A stretch of 63,484 nucleotides of DNA, counting the filler, from Choristocarpus tenellus KU-1152 (Eukaryota; Protista; Phaeophyceae): the NCBI GenBank assembly GCA_964200185.2. It is 6 parts of 6 records of this genome, joined end to end, with 100 filler letters (N's around TTAATTAATTAA, not from the genome) between each part and the next. Parts side by side here need not be neighbours in the genome. Positions count along the whole stretch, not along the records: positions 1 to 29,013 come from CAXNAD020000115.1; 5 more parts are not named here. One strand, 5' to 3'. A program made the position numbers and the translations under genes. Shown here piece by piece: positions 1 to 13,700 of this stretch (positions are counted from its first letter, which is position 1; the number at the start of each line of letters is the position of its first letter). A model generated the notes under the pieces. It worked only from the letters and a program-made list of their open reading frames with translations, did not search any database and was not told where the DNA came from.

Positions 1-20
1 TTCTTACTGGCCCGGCGGTT

Positions 21-161
21 GGGGGGGGGGGGGGGTGGGGTCTACACCAGGGTGTCCATCTGGGTCGAACCAGGAAAAGAGCACTTACATTATCCATCCG
101 ATGTATGCAACCAAATCGCCATGCTTAGCATACTATCCCATTGTCTCTCCATACTTTGATC
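21..161 (+). mobile_element. family-B poly-G MITE, degenerate copy
   Basis: G-run followed by tctacaccagggtgtccatctgggtc...tatccatccgatgtatgcaaccaaatc, which is the reverse complement of 28858-29013. Ends in a degenerate TIR (atactttgatc). Confidence 0.75.
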
Positions 162-171
162 ATTGAACTCA

Positions 172-1013
172 TCAACTATATTTACTCACTTTGACATGCT
201 CGAGGCTGTCAGAGCAAACCAGGCAGCCGGGTGTGTGCTTGAACCTGCAGAGTCGTAGGGGTACAGATGAGTCAACAAGGACTGCTTCCTCCCCAGGTAT
301 GTGGGTGCCGAACTGGAAATGAGTGCTGGGAGAAGTTGGCTCCAAGATCACTGTCTCTTTGATCCTGTTCTTCCTCCTGCGTGGGTCCTGAGGCACTTGC
401 AAAGGGTGAAAGGTACTTGTCAAATGAGGTGAACATGTAGGGTGTGTCACAGTTCATATCAGTATAGAAATTGACACCTAGAAAAATATTGATAGGCAAG
501 CGCTTGATGTAAGGTCAATTGGACATGTCTAAGGTTGTACATATCAATACAAAACATAACCTGTCTTCTTAACTTGCGACAGAAAAGAATAAAGGACACA
601 GTGCAGACCTTGGCGTCAAGACTAACCCTAGTAACAGGCAAAGGAGGAGACCTGGAACGAATGATTGTTATCACCCCCACCTCGTACTTGTGACTGACAG
701 CGTAAACTGTCTTATCATATGTCCCTACTGTGTTCCAACCTGGGTCAAATCCGATGGCAACACAATTAACAACGACCTTGTTCTTTGTGCGAAGATTTGT
801 AATGCGACTAGTGTACTTACTCATTGGCTAGTGATACGAATAGGGCTCTAACTTTGCCTAGACTACCAGGTACAAGAGGAACGGCAGAGAAACAAGTCCA
901 TTTTTCTTGGAGGAATCATTTGGGAGTGTACAGAATGGAGGTGGGGATTGTATGAACAGCAGGGGAGGGACGGCAGCAGGAAGTATTTGGGTGTAGTGGC
1001 ATTTCTCTGCCAT
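172..1013 (-). CDS. possible 5' exons of an unidentified gene running off the window start
   Basis: Open stretches 459-824 (VVVNCVAIGFDPGWNTVGTYDKTVYAV, weakly WD40-like) and 172-450 have splice-like ends, and CpG-richer DNA lies upstream at ~1020-1320. I could not build a consistent spliced frame. Confidence 0.25.
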
Positions 1014-1775
1014 TGATCAGAAACGGCAAAGGGTATACATGTCAAAACCCCAAAGAACTACAACCTCGTTTGCAGCACGTTTCCCAAATGCAGCAGGTAT
1101 GCCACAGTATTCACAGTTCTATCTCGCTGAGGTGCTTCTGTGGTTCAAAATGGGCCTATATCGGATTGCTTAGTCATAATCGTTTTTTGCTTTGCAAACA
1201 TTCTACGGTATAAATACGTTTGTCAACGATTCATACCGTCACCTGAAGTAGCCTAGAATTGTACTTCAAAGAAGTTCAGGAAGCTGAGCTTCACAGACAA
1301 CGTATTTGCGGTTTCACAATTTCCAGTCCCTAGGTTGTTTGGCTACTATAATCAGCCAAAGTGTGTACTTTCAAGATAAATTTATTTTAACGACAGAGAA
1401 TTTTCGTTAGGACATGTGAGTGATGGGTCTACTGTCATCACTGTCATCTATGATAGTAGACTTGAATATTCATCCCCACCAAGTAGGAAATATAGCCCAA
1501 TCTATTAGTACTATGAGATATTACCCGACAGAGTTGGAAGAGTATTGGTGGTCGCCACGGCTCAATGCTATTGGGATACAGTGTGGTATGGCCTCTTATG
1601 GAGTCTGCTGTGGCAATGTCGAGGACAGCTGCAGTGGCTGGGTAGGAGACTTGAGCTGAGGCTTGGTGATTCGTAGCCGGACTTGAGTACCTTGTGAAGC
1701 GATACAATCTTCAACGAAGTTTGTTGTGAAGGGGGTGTGGAACAGTAGGAGTCAGATTAAAATAGCTCCATCTTC

Positions 1776-4700
1776 ACACAGTCCTATCATGCAGGCCAGT
1801 TAATGGGTCAAAGTAATCTGGACTGTAATTTGGTGGGAGTTGGGGGACGGGAGGAGGAAAAAGAAGAAGTCCCTATTATAGCTGGTACTGAGCACCGTAA
1901 ACGAAAGGGGGACACTGAGATTATGATGCTAATGCATGATGCAAATGCCACACCCAGCAAAATTTCCTTGATTGGCATTACCCATGCAATCTAGTGTACC
2001 TTTCAAGGATGGTTCTCTTTGCCTTGAGCCTTGAGATACCAGGCTCAAAGGTTATAGAGGGAGGGTCATCACTGTTCAGATGCCTCATCGTTACCCCACC
2101 GTCAGTGTAGCAGGGGGCAGTTGACGGCCTTTCCACCGGATTTTCCTTCGATCCTCCTGATCCTCCTATATGCCAGCTCTTGTGGATACTAGTTCTGTGT
2201 TGAAAGTGTAGATCACTCTGGCTATTCTGGACCAAGTTGGCACTGGTGCTACCGCCTGACTGTGTTGTGGAAACCCTGCTAATTATAAAGGGCAATTAGG
2301 AGCAAAGTCAGAATTGAGGGAGTAGTGGATAACACTCAGTGCTGACATGAAGGTAAGGACAGGAACAGCAAGTGACCTTGTTTTCGGGAATATAAAATCT
2401 CAATACGGATTATTCACTATATTTTTGATATATGAAGTAATGCCATTGAAGTACCAGTGATTCAGGGTTTGATTTTGGTGTTTGGTGGAGGGAAGGGCAA
2501 AGGGTAGAGGGGTAGACAGATCTGGGTGAAGAGGAGGGGCAGAAAAAAAGGATCTAGTGCCATTCTTATGGAAGTGTTAATTTTGGGGATTCAAGAACAA
2601 GGAATATTGTGAATGGTGTGACTGTCCTTTAGAGTGAAGATGCATTACCATACTACTTACTTCGGTGCTTATCATTTGTTGCAGCTCACTTCTCAGAGTC
2701 TCAATCAGTGTAGGTGTGCATGTGAGTTTGGGTGGGAAACATGGAGGAGGCGGGGATATTGAATATACTATGATGATGGTGACAGTTGGGACCAGGACCA
2801 ATGTCGGGGCTGTGCAAATGATGGAAGCTCCATCGTGTTGAAAGCGCCAAAGAAGGGTGGGATTGTTTTATAAATGCGGTCTTGCCTCCAGACCAATCTC
2901 ATTGACAGGTCCCAAGAATGACATGGGTCAATTCTCAATAGTTTCAGTCCCATTTCATGGGCAGTTGGGGACATGAGGAATTACCTAATGGTTCTGTCAA
3001 GTGCAAAGGTCGTTGGCCCTCCAGTTCCTAATCTGATCTCCCTTTGCCCCAGGTCACCCAGGCAAACACTGACCACATCCTTTCTTTGCCACTGTTGTGG
3101 CACTGCTGCCTCAACTGACGGTCTTACAAGTGATGCTCCTACACGTTTCTTTGTGGTAGGCAATGCACGAGCTGCTATGGGCTGCTCCCCTCCCCTATCC
3201 AGAAATAGGGATCCTCTGCCCTCGACGATGGGAGATGCTGACTCAATTTGCAGCCTCCTGCCTTCTATGAGTTCACTGCACTCTGCTATCTCAGTTCCCC
3301 CTCTCTCTTTCATGATCGCATCTGCACACTGCTGGGCTCGCTCTCCCCAGAGGTTTGCTGGTGTGATGCGCAGGACATTTTGTATATCTAACCTCTCTGA
3401 GGTGGTTAGTCCAACAGTTTTCTCGTTGCTTGTAGTGGAACTTCTGTTGTTGAAATACCCACCTCTTTGCGGTCGGACACAAAACACGCTGGAGCTCAAA
3501 CTCTCCTCCTCAGCCCTACCTGGCAAGTGTTTAACTGCCCCACTTCCACCCCCATATTTTTTTGCCTTAGTCTGAGCCTTGCCCTCCTCCCTTCTCCTCC
3601 CCCTGCTCTGGGACTGGCTCAAATGATCACACCCGTCCTCTTGTTCCCTCACACCCTCCATGAACTTGCTGCGGGTGACTCTTGTTCCTTGCAACCTAGA
3701 GCTGCTCTGATTCATTTCGTCTACCTCAGCGGATAGTTGTGCCTGAAAGGTTTAGTGTCATGTTATTGTGGAACTGGGTGTCACGATAACACAGAGGGCC
3801 CAGTTGAGTACCGTTGACACCTGTCAGGCTTTGAATGATATTTGTCTCAGTGACTTTATTGTGGTAAGGGCTTGAGAAAAACTGGAACATGGTATTAAGG
3901 GATTACCGTCATAGGCACATCAGGAATTTATTTTTCTCATGATCCCTTTCCCCATACCCTCCACCCAACAGTCATTTTAAACAAGGTCTTAGAGGGATTC
4001 AGGACCTGGAAGAGACGATTTCTAACGCCTGGCACATTGCTTCGGGAAAGGTTTCCCAGGATATGACATGATATCATTGCGGTTTCCTCATCTGGCCCGT
4101 CCTGCCAAAGTTTCATGAGATGTGGCACCGAAAATCGACAGAGCTCCAAGTGTGAAGGTGGCACCGTGGATAGGTTCTTCAGGAGCTTGACCTACCAGAA
4201 GAAATCATAGCATAGGATATGCGGTGTAATGATAGCCAGTGTGATTGAGTTTGTAGTGTGGGGATCCGTGCTAGACATCAATTGGGGCAATTCTTCTAGA
4301 TTTTGATTTTTTTTTCTCAGTGTAAGTCTTACCAAAAAATATATTAGGGTGGACAGACCTCCTTGAGATCCAGAGTATCCTCTTGTGGAGGATCCTAAGG
4401 ACTAAATAGGGTGTCCTCGATGATGTACAGGAAGGGGCAACATCGAGCGGTTTATGTCCTCATCGCAGTCTTACAGGAAAATAAAGCAAAGAACTTGTAG
4501 AGGAGGATGGTGTGGGAAGACGGCCAGGGAGAATGAGCCCCTCAAGTTGGTCTTATAAAAAAAAATTCCAAGAGTTACTCACATGGGGTTTCCTCACACA
4601 AACGTGCAAAGTGAGATTGAAAGCTCAACACGAAACCCTAGCTGTTCAATGTCACAATCAACTACGCTTACACTTTCTATTGCAAGTTGCTAACTATTCC

Positions 4701-7700
4701 TGTCTGGACATCTCCTGACATTTTATATTCCCACTCGCATCTCTCCAAGAGCTACTCACATCCAACAAATACAATCCTAATCAAATCTATTCCCTAACTC
4801 TAACCCCCTGACGTACATCGTCGACTTACCAGGTTCCTGATCTCCTCTGTCTGCCTCCTGATCGTCCCCCCCTCCTCTCCCTTTGTTGATTGTGCCCCTA
4901 GCCTCCCCTCCTCCTCCATTGGACATAGTCCTACCTTCATCTTTTCCCCAAGGAGTCGACTCAGAATGCTCACAGCACCATTTGATGCCAGCTGAGTGCG
5001 AGATCCCAACATAACTGACAGACTCCCTAATGCCACAACGGCATCTCCTATAAGGTCTGCATGAAGTCGTCCGCGTCTTTGCAGCTGTAGCATGAGGAGA
5101 TCTTCCACCGGAAAGGAACTCTGGCAAATTCTCTCGCAGTAGCCCCGATATTCAGCTTGATCCTGGGGACATTGTGTTTGTACATGCGTATGTGTGACAA
5201 GTGTGTGGAGATGTATGGGTGTGGGGGACAGTCATGCTGCGATTGGGAGTGTGTTCGCCTGACAATGACAAGTACTGTCAAATATTCGGAGAACCACTTG
5301 CGTGTGATGGAAAGAGAATTAGTATTGTTGCAAGTTTGTGAATTTAATGCTCTTCATTTTCGCAAAGATTGCCTTTGGTGCTGTGATGCAAGATTCGGGT
5401 GGATTCGAAGAAATATAGGTCTTTACACTGTGGGACAAGATCGGAATGGCAAGGGATTGTGTAGGAATATTGTGGATTTCAAGACCGAAAAATGTTGATA
5501 ACAAGAAGGGTGATAACATCGGGGTGGTATATTGGGACACACCTTACAAAAGGCAATATTTGAAGCCAATAGAATACACTACAGTTCCATTTTTGAGTCA
5601 ATAGGATGAGTACGTCACCTGTAAACCCAAACTAACAATCTCTTGTAGCATTTTTGTGTTTGATTCATTCAGACATTGCATTGTTGTGAGACTGTTCCAC
5701 CATGGTAATGCTCTGGAGTACAGTACAAGAGCGATGACTCAAGATGAACTTATCATGTGCATACTGGCAGACTCTTGATGAGAAAATGCACACAGTGAAG
5801 AATGGACCCATTTTGTGCAAAACATCTCTAGCTAATATTTTTGTGGTGTGTTCTCCCTCAGAAGAAAAATAACAGCATGACATTGATTAACGAACTGCTG
5901 CAGGGGGGTGCTTCAACATCTGCGTGATCTATGCTGACATATGTAACCTGGAGCACAAAGAGCAGGCCCTGTGCCTCCCTGAGAGTGAGAGGAAAAATGG
6001 AATGGCACCAAATGCCAGCACGCAGCAGGCGAAGTACAAACTCTAGGAGAGAGTAGCTGACATTCTCTTGGCCCAAGGCCTCCATGCCCTCACGCTGGAG
6101 TAGGCACCTTGGTGTATTGGAGAGGAGGGAAAGGCAGCAGGTGTACTGAGTAAGATACTTGAATGGGGGGGAGATGGTAGGATTGGAGTTGTACCATTAT
6201 TGATGTGATTGTAGTGAGGATGAAGGCTGAACCGGGGTTTTAGGGGTTGGAAATTAGGTAGGAATGAGAGGGATTTGAGCAGTCACATAAGGGAAATAAT
6301 TGTGGAATGTTAATGAGGAGTCAGAGTGGGTTTGTCATAGAGCAACAGAGAAATGAAAGGTTTAGGGTTAGGGGTGAATTAGTCTTCACTGGCAGGAAGA
6401 GGACATACCAGAATATGCAACATTCCTCAGGTGTTCCTTTTGAACGTCGTGAATGATGGTTTTGATGATGGTGGTGGTGGTGATGATTTTGACAACCTTT
6501 CCTATTGTGGATCCTGAATAAGTTGCTTTTCCATATTCACCCCCAACCCTACCTCTCCCTGTCTGTTCTCCCTCTCCCCACGTTTTTACCCCTCACAATC
6601 GACTGGAAAAGCAAGCCATCCTCTCCTCCAACACCCACATTGCCATCGTAACGTTCTTCAGGAATCGCAAACCTGCGCAAAGCTCCGATGCAGCACATTG
6701 CAGAGGCGTTACTGTCTGGGGACATGTCGGCAACATCCTTGTCACAGCTGGAGAGGGTAGCCCATCCCACCAACTTTGTTACTGTCCCCTTTATCCTCCC
6801 AAGCTGACGAGCATTTTCATCATCATCAGTTAGGAGGTAGACGGCAGACATGCAGTACGAGAAGACTTCTCTATAGTTGTGATCCTTACCCCACCCTGCC
6901 AGAGAGATGAGGCAGGCAGCAGCTCTTGGGGGGGAGTCAAGGAAAGCAGTGGCAATAGGAACAAGGGTATGGGGGAAGTTGAGAGTGGAGGTTGCGAGAT
7001 TTCCTGCTTTAGAAGGGTGGGATGCAATGAGGGGGCGATGGATTCGGAAGCAAGGGAAAGTGTATCCTGGTAGATGGGATGGATGCTACAATTACTTTTT
7101 GACCCGCTGAATAGATGCTACAGATCTTGAACCTAGCTGCTTCGAATTACATTTTGATACAAAGCATTTAAGAGGGTAGGAGTTTTGCACTGTTTGTCCG
7201 TTCCGGGGCTTGGCTTCCCACGGTTTTCTTATGCCCTCTTTCGGTTTTCTGTGTGAACACAGTTACCTACTACTTTGACACATTTCGGAGTAGGTAAAAT
7301 GTATAGGGCTATGAAAGGTATGTCCAGAGCAAGGATATTGACTCTTGCTAACAAGCACAACAGCCAAAACGCCTCAAAATCGAAACATTGGATTTATGAC
7401 CCCCAACAGACACAGCCCATGCTTTGGGTCTTCAAATAATTTGTACTGAAAGGGAAGGTTGTTCTTGAGTATAATATACTGTACTCTTTTGTTTAACTTC
7501 TTCCTTGTGTGAATCTATTGTCACACACAGAGGAAAGGTATTGCCTCTAGGAGATTGCGCTAACTCAGACCAGTTCAGAAATTATGTCGTGGTGGATTGG
7601 TTGGTGGGACTGTATGGTGGTGATGAAAAATACCGTTTGTGGCGTATTCCATCTTTCATGTTCGTGTTTTTTTCACAGAGGGTTGACTTTTTTCACAGCA

Positions 7701-10700
7701 AATTCTACTGTAAAGTTGTCCAGACAACCAAGCGATAAGGATAACTGAAATCAATTCATTTTCCAGCTTGTCGTCATTACAACTTCACGCCCACTTATTT
7801 CTATGCTTGCCGCCTATGGTGTGCGGGGAAGAAAAGAAAGACATGTTTCAAGTTTCTCGGTTAGAGATTGGATATCTTTTCTCAATCAAGAATATCAGAT
7901 ATGCGTGTCCTGTATGCCTGCAAGAGGTTACTATTGATCTGAATGGTACTGGAGTAATCCCTAAATTATTGATGGTAACCTAAAGAGCAAACATTTTATG
8001 AGTAAAAGTGTCTTAGAGGGTAGAGCTACGCCCATTTGGCGGTCAAAATCCAATGTTGCGATTTTGATGTAATTTTAGCTATTATGGATGTTAGGAAATG
8101 TCAATATCCTTGTTCCGTACACACCTTCTCATAACATACACATTTTACCTACTCCATCAAATTTTGGAGTAGGAAAATGTCATAAAAAACTCGTGGAAAG
8201 CCAAGCCCCCAACGGACAAACAGGGCAAAACTCATACCTTCCAAGATACTTTTACTCTTACGTAAAGGTTCAAGTTAGAAACTTCCAGGTATTGTTGGTT
8301 ACAATAAGGTGTTGCGTATCTAAACCCGAGAAAACAGCCATTGTCATTGGAAAGGCAGTAGACTGTTGCCTTGTTACTTCTGGTGTCTCATTTTTGACAA
8401 AAATCTTTTGGATAAGCTGAGACTGCCTCCTGCAGTCCACATGGCAAGCCCTGCTCTTTGGAATGATCAGATGCTAATGCACTATTTTCGGTGGACTCTT
8501 CTCTCTCTTGTAACACCTGTGATATATTCTAACCAAGGAGGTGTTTGGAAAATTCCTTTCCTTTCCATATGGCTTGAACTAAGAAGTCCCAAACCAAAAG
8601 GAAAGCCTTAATCAGCCTTGTCACACTTCTCCCTTGCCAATATCCTACTCTCTGTCCCCCAGCTACAGCCACACTCTCTACACTCTATCTCCCTTCCCTC
8701 CTCTTGACCTCCTGCCTTCCCCATATGATATTCTCTTGGAGCAATCCTGTCACACTTTTATCTATTTCTCCTCACAGCTCACCTCAGGTCTGCAAACGCC
8801 TTCCTATTCTTTGGGTCTCGAGACAGGGCCCACACAGTAGCGGCAGCCCCCTGTCCTACTATTTCCCCTGCTCTGCACCGCAGTAGTGATGTTACGCCCA
8901 GTATTGTTCGTGTGGTAGCAGTGGGGGATGCAGTGAGGCACATGTGGGCCAGAACTCTTACAGAACGCTCACGGAGCACTTGTGAATTACGATTTCCTGG
9001 AGGACCAGGGCGAGCACATTCAATAATAACCTGAGGATGTTCGGAGGGGGATGGGGGGAGGTGGACGTCGTGGATACAATGTTGAGGGTGTAAGAGAGCT
9101 TAGGTGACTCTAGGTAGGGCAAGCAGAAAGCACTGAAGAGTGTACTCTTGGTTTGACCTCTAGCATTTGGTAATTGCTAATGTCTTTTCGGATCTCTTTC
9201 TTGAGGAGTGCGCCTGTCATTTCCAGGCTTTCATATATTGAGTATCATGAGCCCCAGGACACCGTTTTCTGCAAGGATTACAATATTTTATTATGTAGTA
9301 TCGAGCCAATCTTGGAGGGTAGAACCGTGTCCATTTGGAGACCAAAATCCAATGTTGCGATTTTGATGTATTTTGGCTATTGTGTTTATTAGGAAGTGTC
9401 AATATACCTGTTCCGGACACACCTTTTCGTATTGTACACATTTCATCTACTCTGAACCATTTTGGAGTAGGAAAATGTCATAAAAGAACCCATGAGAAGT
9501 CAATCCCCAAATGGACCAACAGGGCAAAACTCGTACCCTCTAAGATACGTTCACTCTATCATTGGATGATTGCAGGATCTAGTACAGCTGCACATTTCAA
9601 GAAACACTTAAGCGAGTCATAGGAGTTATCTCGTACAAGTTGTAACCTTTCGCATCAAGAATTCATTCCCAAATATTGTAGTTCATGTCTCGGTTATCAA
9701 TGCAAAACACTATAGTTGAGCCATTCACATCCTCTTAGTTTTGATTCACTTAGTCATGAGAAGGGAGTGGAAACGTGACCACATTCCATATCTGTTGCAT
9801 CTACCCTCTCTTTTGTTCAGCCTCCACAAATGCTTTACCCCAGGAGCAGTGATCTCTCCTCCGTAAGTTGCCATACGAGCACAGCATGCATATTCAAAAA
9901 AGTTCGCGTAAGTACCTCTGCACCATCTCCTGCCATTGTCCTTGTACAGAAATCGAGCCAGACCCTACTTGAACAACAAGTGCCTTCTGCTCTCCCAGCT
10001 GTGTCCTTTCCACAGTGCTCAGCACCTCTTGTGAACACAGGCCTATCATTCTCGATCCTAGAAATTTCAGCACGCCCTCTGTCAGCTACAGTAGAAAGAC
10101 ATAGCATTGCCTGCTCTCGGACCAATTGACATACTCCAGTTCCAATGAGGTGGAGGAGGATTGCCAGGGCACCGGCTGGGCTCTCAGCAAGGTTGACATG
10201 GCGTGCAATATATGTGAGGCAGGGTCCAGTCAGTGCTAGGGACGATGGGGATATGCCAGGTATTGTATGGTCATGTTCAGATTCTTCAATGCCCTGGCTG
10301 CCACCCGCTATTGCTCTTTGTTCCTGTGTTGCTTGTGCAACCATGAGGCGTAGAAGGGTCATTGCACAAGAAGACAATATATCAAAGCTTGTGGGCAATG
10401 GAGGGGAGTGTTCACTGGATCCATCCTCAAATTCGACAGGTGATGAGACCTGTGGTTGGAGAGAGGGACTGAGTGATTAAATACAATCAAATTTATTGCA
10501 GATGGCATTGACCATTGATGTTAAGGGTGTAAATCATGGAAGCCGAGAAAAACGCATGGGTTAAAACTTAGAAGTGTAGATGGGTAGTGTGGAGAAAATG
10601 CTTATGGTCAGCAACAATGATGTCAGTACAGATGGGTGTCAGGGACGGGCACTCTCATTACCTTGCAAAGTTGTGAGAATATTAGTCATTTTTGTTTGTT

Positions 10701-13700
10701 GCCCGAGTGTGATCAGATGATTCAATTGAGACTTGAGTTTTCCATGCCGAACTCCATATATGTAGTCCTTTCTTCAAAGTATATGATGTGCTCAGAGGAA
10801 AATGAGGGGACGCCCCCCACAAATTTCCTTCCTATCTACAGTTTGATGTATACAGAGGGTAGATTGAATTGTATGGGTTTCTGCAACCTAGGTCTTGTGA
10901 CAGCACTCTGTTGTGCCATTCTTCTTGAGAGGGGTCAAGGGGGAAGTGGAAAGTGAGGGTAAGGCAGTTCCCATAGCTGCTCTTGTTAAAACTGCTTGCT
11001 ACAGAGTGGCTCTGTGCTATGAGATATTGAGAGATAAAAAAAAACACTAAGGGCATCCTTAAGGATTACATCTTAGTACATACATTAAGCAATGGCGACT
11101 GGGCCGTGGATGGCCCTCCATTTATGGACCCCTCTCCTTTACCGGTACCCTCTTTACTTGAATCATTGGGAACTGACTCTAACACATCAGTTGAGGTATT
11201 GCAGAATGCAATCATCCTCTGACTTCCCTTGATGATATCAGAGCTGTACTCTGGATACAAGGAGTTGAGAGAGACAGGAGAAGTGTCAAGCGGACAGAAT
11301 GGTGAGTATAGACCTTAGGAGTACCCTTTGATTTCCATACCAGGGTGCTATTCTACACAGGACACAAGTATTTGAAAAGCTTACTGATGGAGAGATCCTT
11401 TCATGGACTCTCAGTTGCTGTATGAGGAATAAAGTGTGAGGAAACTGAATGAGCTACAAATCGGTAAAGTGTCTGTATATAAGCCTATTAAGCAGTGTAT
11501 TACGCATGGTTGATTTGGGAGTTGTTTTTTGCTTCTTATACCTCCACGACTACTGAGCAATAAAGGATGAAAGTTTCATAGCCAACCTGAATTTTCATAC
11601 AGTTGTAATTTTAAATTTCTCCAGCATGTCACACACTCAGGTGATAGGATGCCAACACTGACAAACACGTTTTTTCGTCAATCTCTACAACCACTGTTTT
11701 CCCAAGCCATCCTCCTTGAAAAGAAACCTCTCATTAGCCCTCCCACCTACTGACCTTTATCAAGTTGTGAAAGAAACCCCCACACTGCGATAATGGCACA
11801 CTCCAATATGAAGATCACGCCCTGGTCATCCCCATCATCATGATCTCCATTTTCCCCCACATCTTTGGGTTGTCTCGAGTCCCCATGCACCCCTGGACTT
11901 CCCAAAGTGCTGATTATGCTCCCCAATACGGCGACACCAAGCTGGTCCATGCAGCTATCTAGTACAGTGGTGAGTGAGGCAAGAGCAGACAGGCACCCGG
12001 CCTCCCCAACCAAAAGCACTGAAGAATGTGTAGCAATCAGGGCAAGGCATAGAGATGAGGATGCCACAGCAGTAGGGGGATGGGTACCAGAACCCGTACC
12101 CAACAAGGGGCCTGCACCAAGGGCAATGACCAGGGCATGGAAAAGGAGGCTACATATATTGCCCTTTGGTCTGTATTGCTGAGTGTTATTGTTGCTCGGA
12201 ATGAGCAAAAGAGAAGGAGAATCGGTAGTGGGGTCACAGGCCATTGCAGCAATTGCACCACGGAGGCGGGAGGAGTGGATCACAAGATGGACCAAGGCCC
12301 TGGATGCAAAGTGGACCACCTTGCCTTCAGGGCCATCATGGTACTCCTTGCGTACCTTGAGAAAGTAATGAGATATTTTGTGAGCGAGGTTGAGGAGGTC
12401 AGGAGAGAAAGGATGAGAAATGTTGACGGATAATTGCTTTTGAATAGAGACAAGGCCATACTATACATCGAATTCACACAGACAATAGAGTGAAGGGAAA
12501 ATACACGCACATACTTCATAGGTGATGCATTTAGAACATTTGCTATGTCTTGCAGCTTCCTCGATTCTTAAGCAACCACCCAGGTATCCTGCAACAATGC
12601 AGTTTGCACTTGAACAAGGGACACTGTTGTGGTTGTCAACAGAGTGAAAGTATTTTAGAGGGTACGAGTTTTGCCCTGTTTGTCCATTTGGGGCTTGGCT
12701 TCCCTTTTTTTTTTATGACATTTTCCAACTCCAAAATATTTCGGAGTAGATAAAATGTATACGTTATGAAAAGGTGTGTCCGGAACAAGGATATTGACAC
12801 TTCCTAACAAACACCATAGCCAAAATTACATCAAAATCGAAACATTGGATTTGACCCCCAAATGAACAGGGCTCTACCCTCTAAGATACTTTTACTCAAC
12901 ACTTCATCTCTTTTGTTCGTCTTTCTCCCCAAAAACCTCAGTCTGAAGAACAACACCAGCTGATATGTCACCACTGGCGGTATGTAGCTGTGAAGGTCAG
13001 CTCAATCGTACACATCAATCATCCCTCACCATTTCCCCCCCAAATACAAGAGTAATCACCTCTAATGTACCCCAGGGTCGAGCCACTGCCCAGATCAGTG
13101 CTCCAGCAACCCCTTCCTGCATTTGCCCACTCAAAGACTCAGAGCATCCAACACGGCAGAGAATCCCAATCATTATGACCTGAGTCCAGGTCCATCATTG
13201 GGGGGCACATGAGGTAGCATGGAGGGGAGGGATGCCGAGAGAAAGTAGAAGAAAGCATGCTCTGCATCAGCAGTACTTCAATAGTCCTGTTTTGAGCAAA
13301 CCTCTTCTACCTCCTATTCTATCTGCTCAGCATTGAACCTGACGGCATATCCTGAGGTAAGAGGTCCCCCCATTAGGAAATATAGACCAAACACCTACTT
13401 GAACTTTGAAGTGAAGTCCATGCTTGAAGGGCCCATCCCACGGTGACCCCAGTTTGTTGAGGATGGCCACGCACGAATTAATTGTCCCAGCTGACACCAG
13501 AAGACTGACAAAGTCATAGTACTCGCTCAGCTTCCACAATATACTCCCAGTTAGTAAACACTCCATGTCTGATTCCATCCTAAGAAGTACAGCATTGCAG
13601 ATTGACAGAATACAATAGGCATAAAATATGAACAATCAGTGGAAATCAGAGAAGGGGCGGCAAAGATGAATAAAAAGCCCCCCATCTCGTCTACCTTTGA

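Noticed and set aside
2973-3575. 200-aa plus-strand ORF (likewise 48749-49171 and 11865-12433)
   Set aside because: Antisense to well-supported minus-strand exons.
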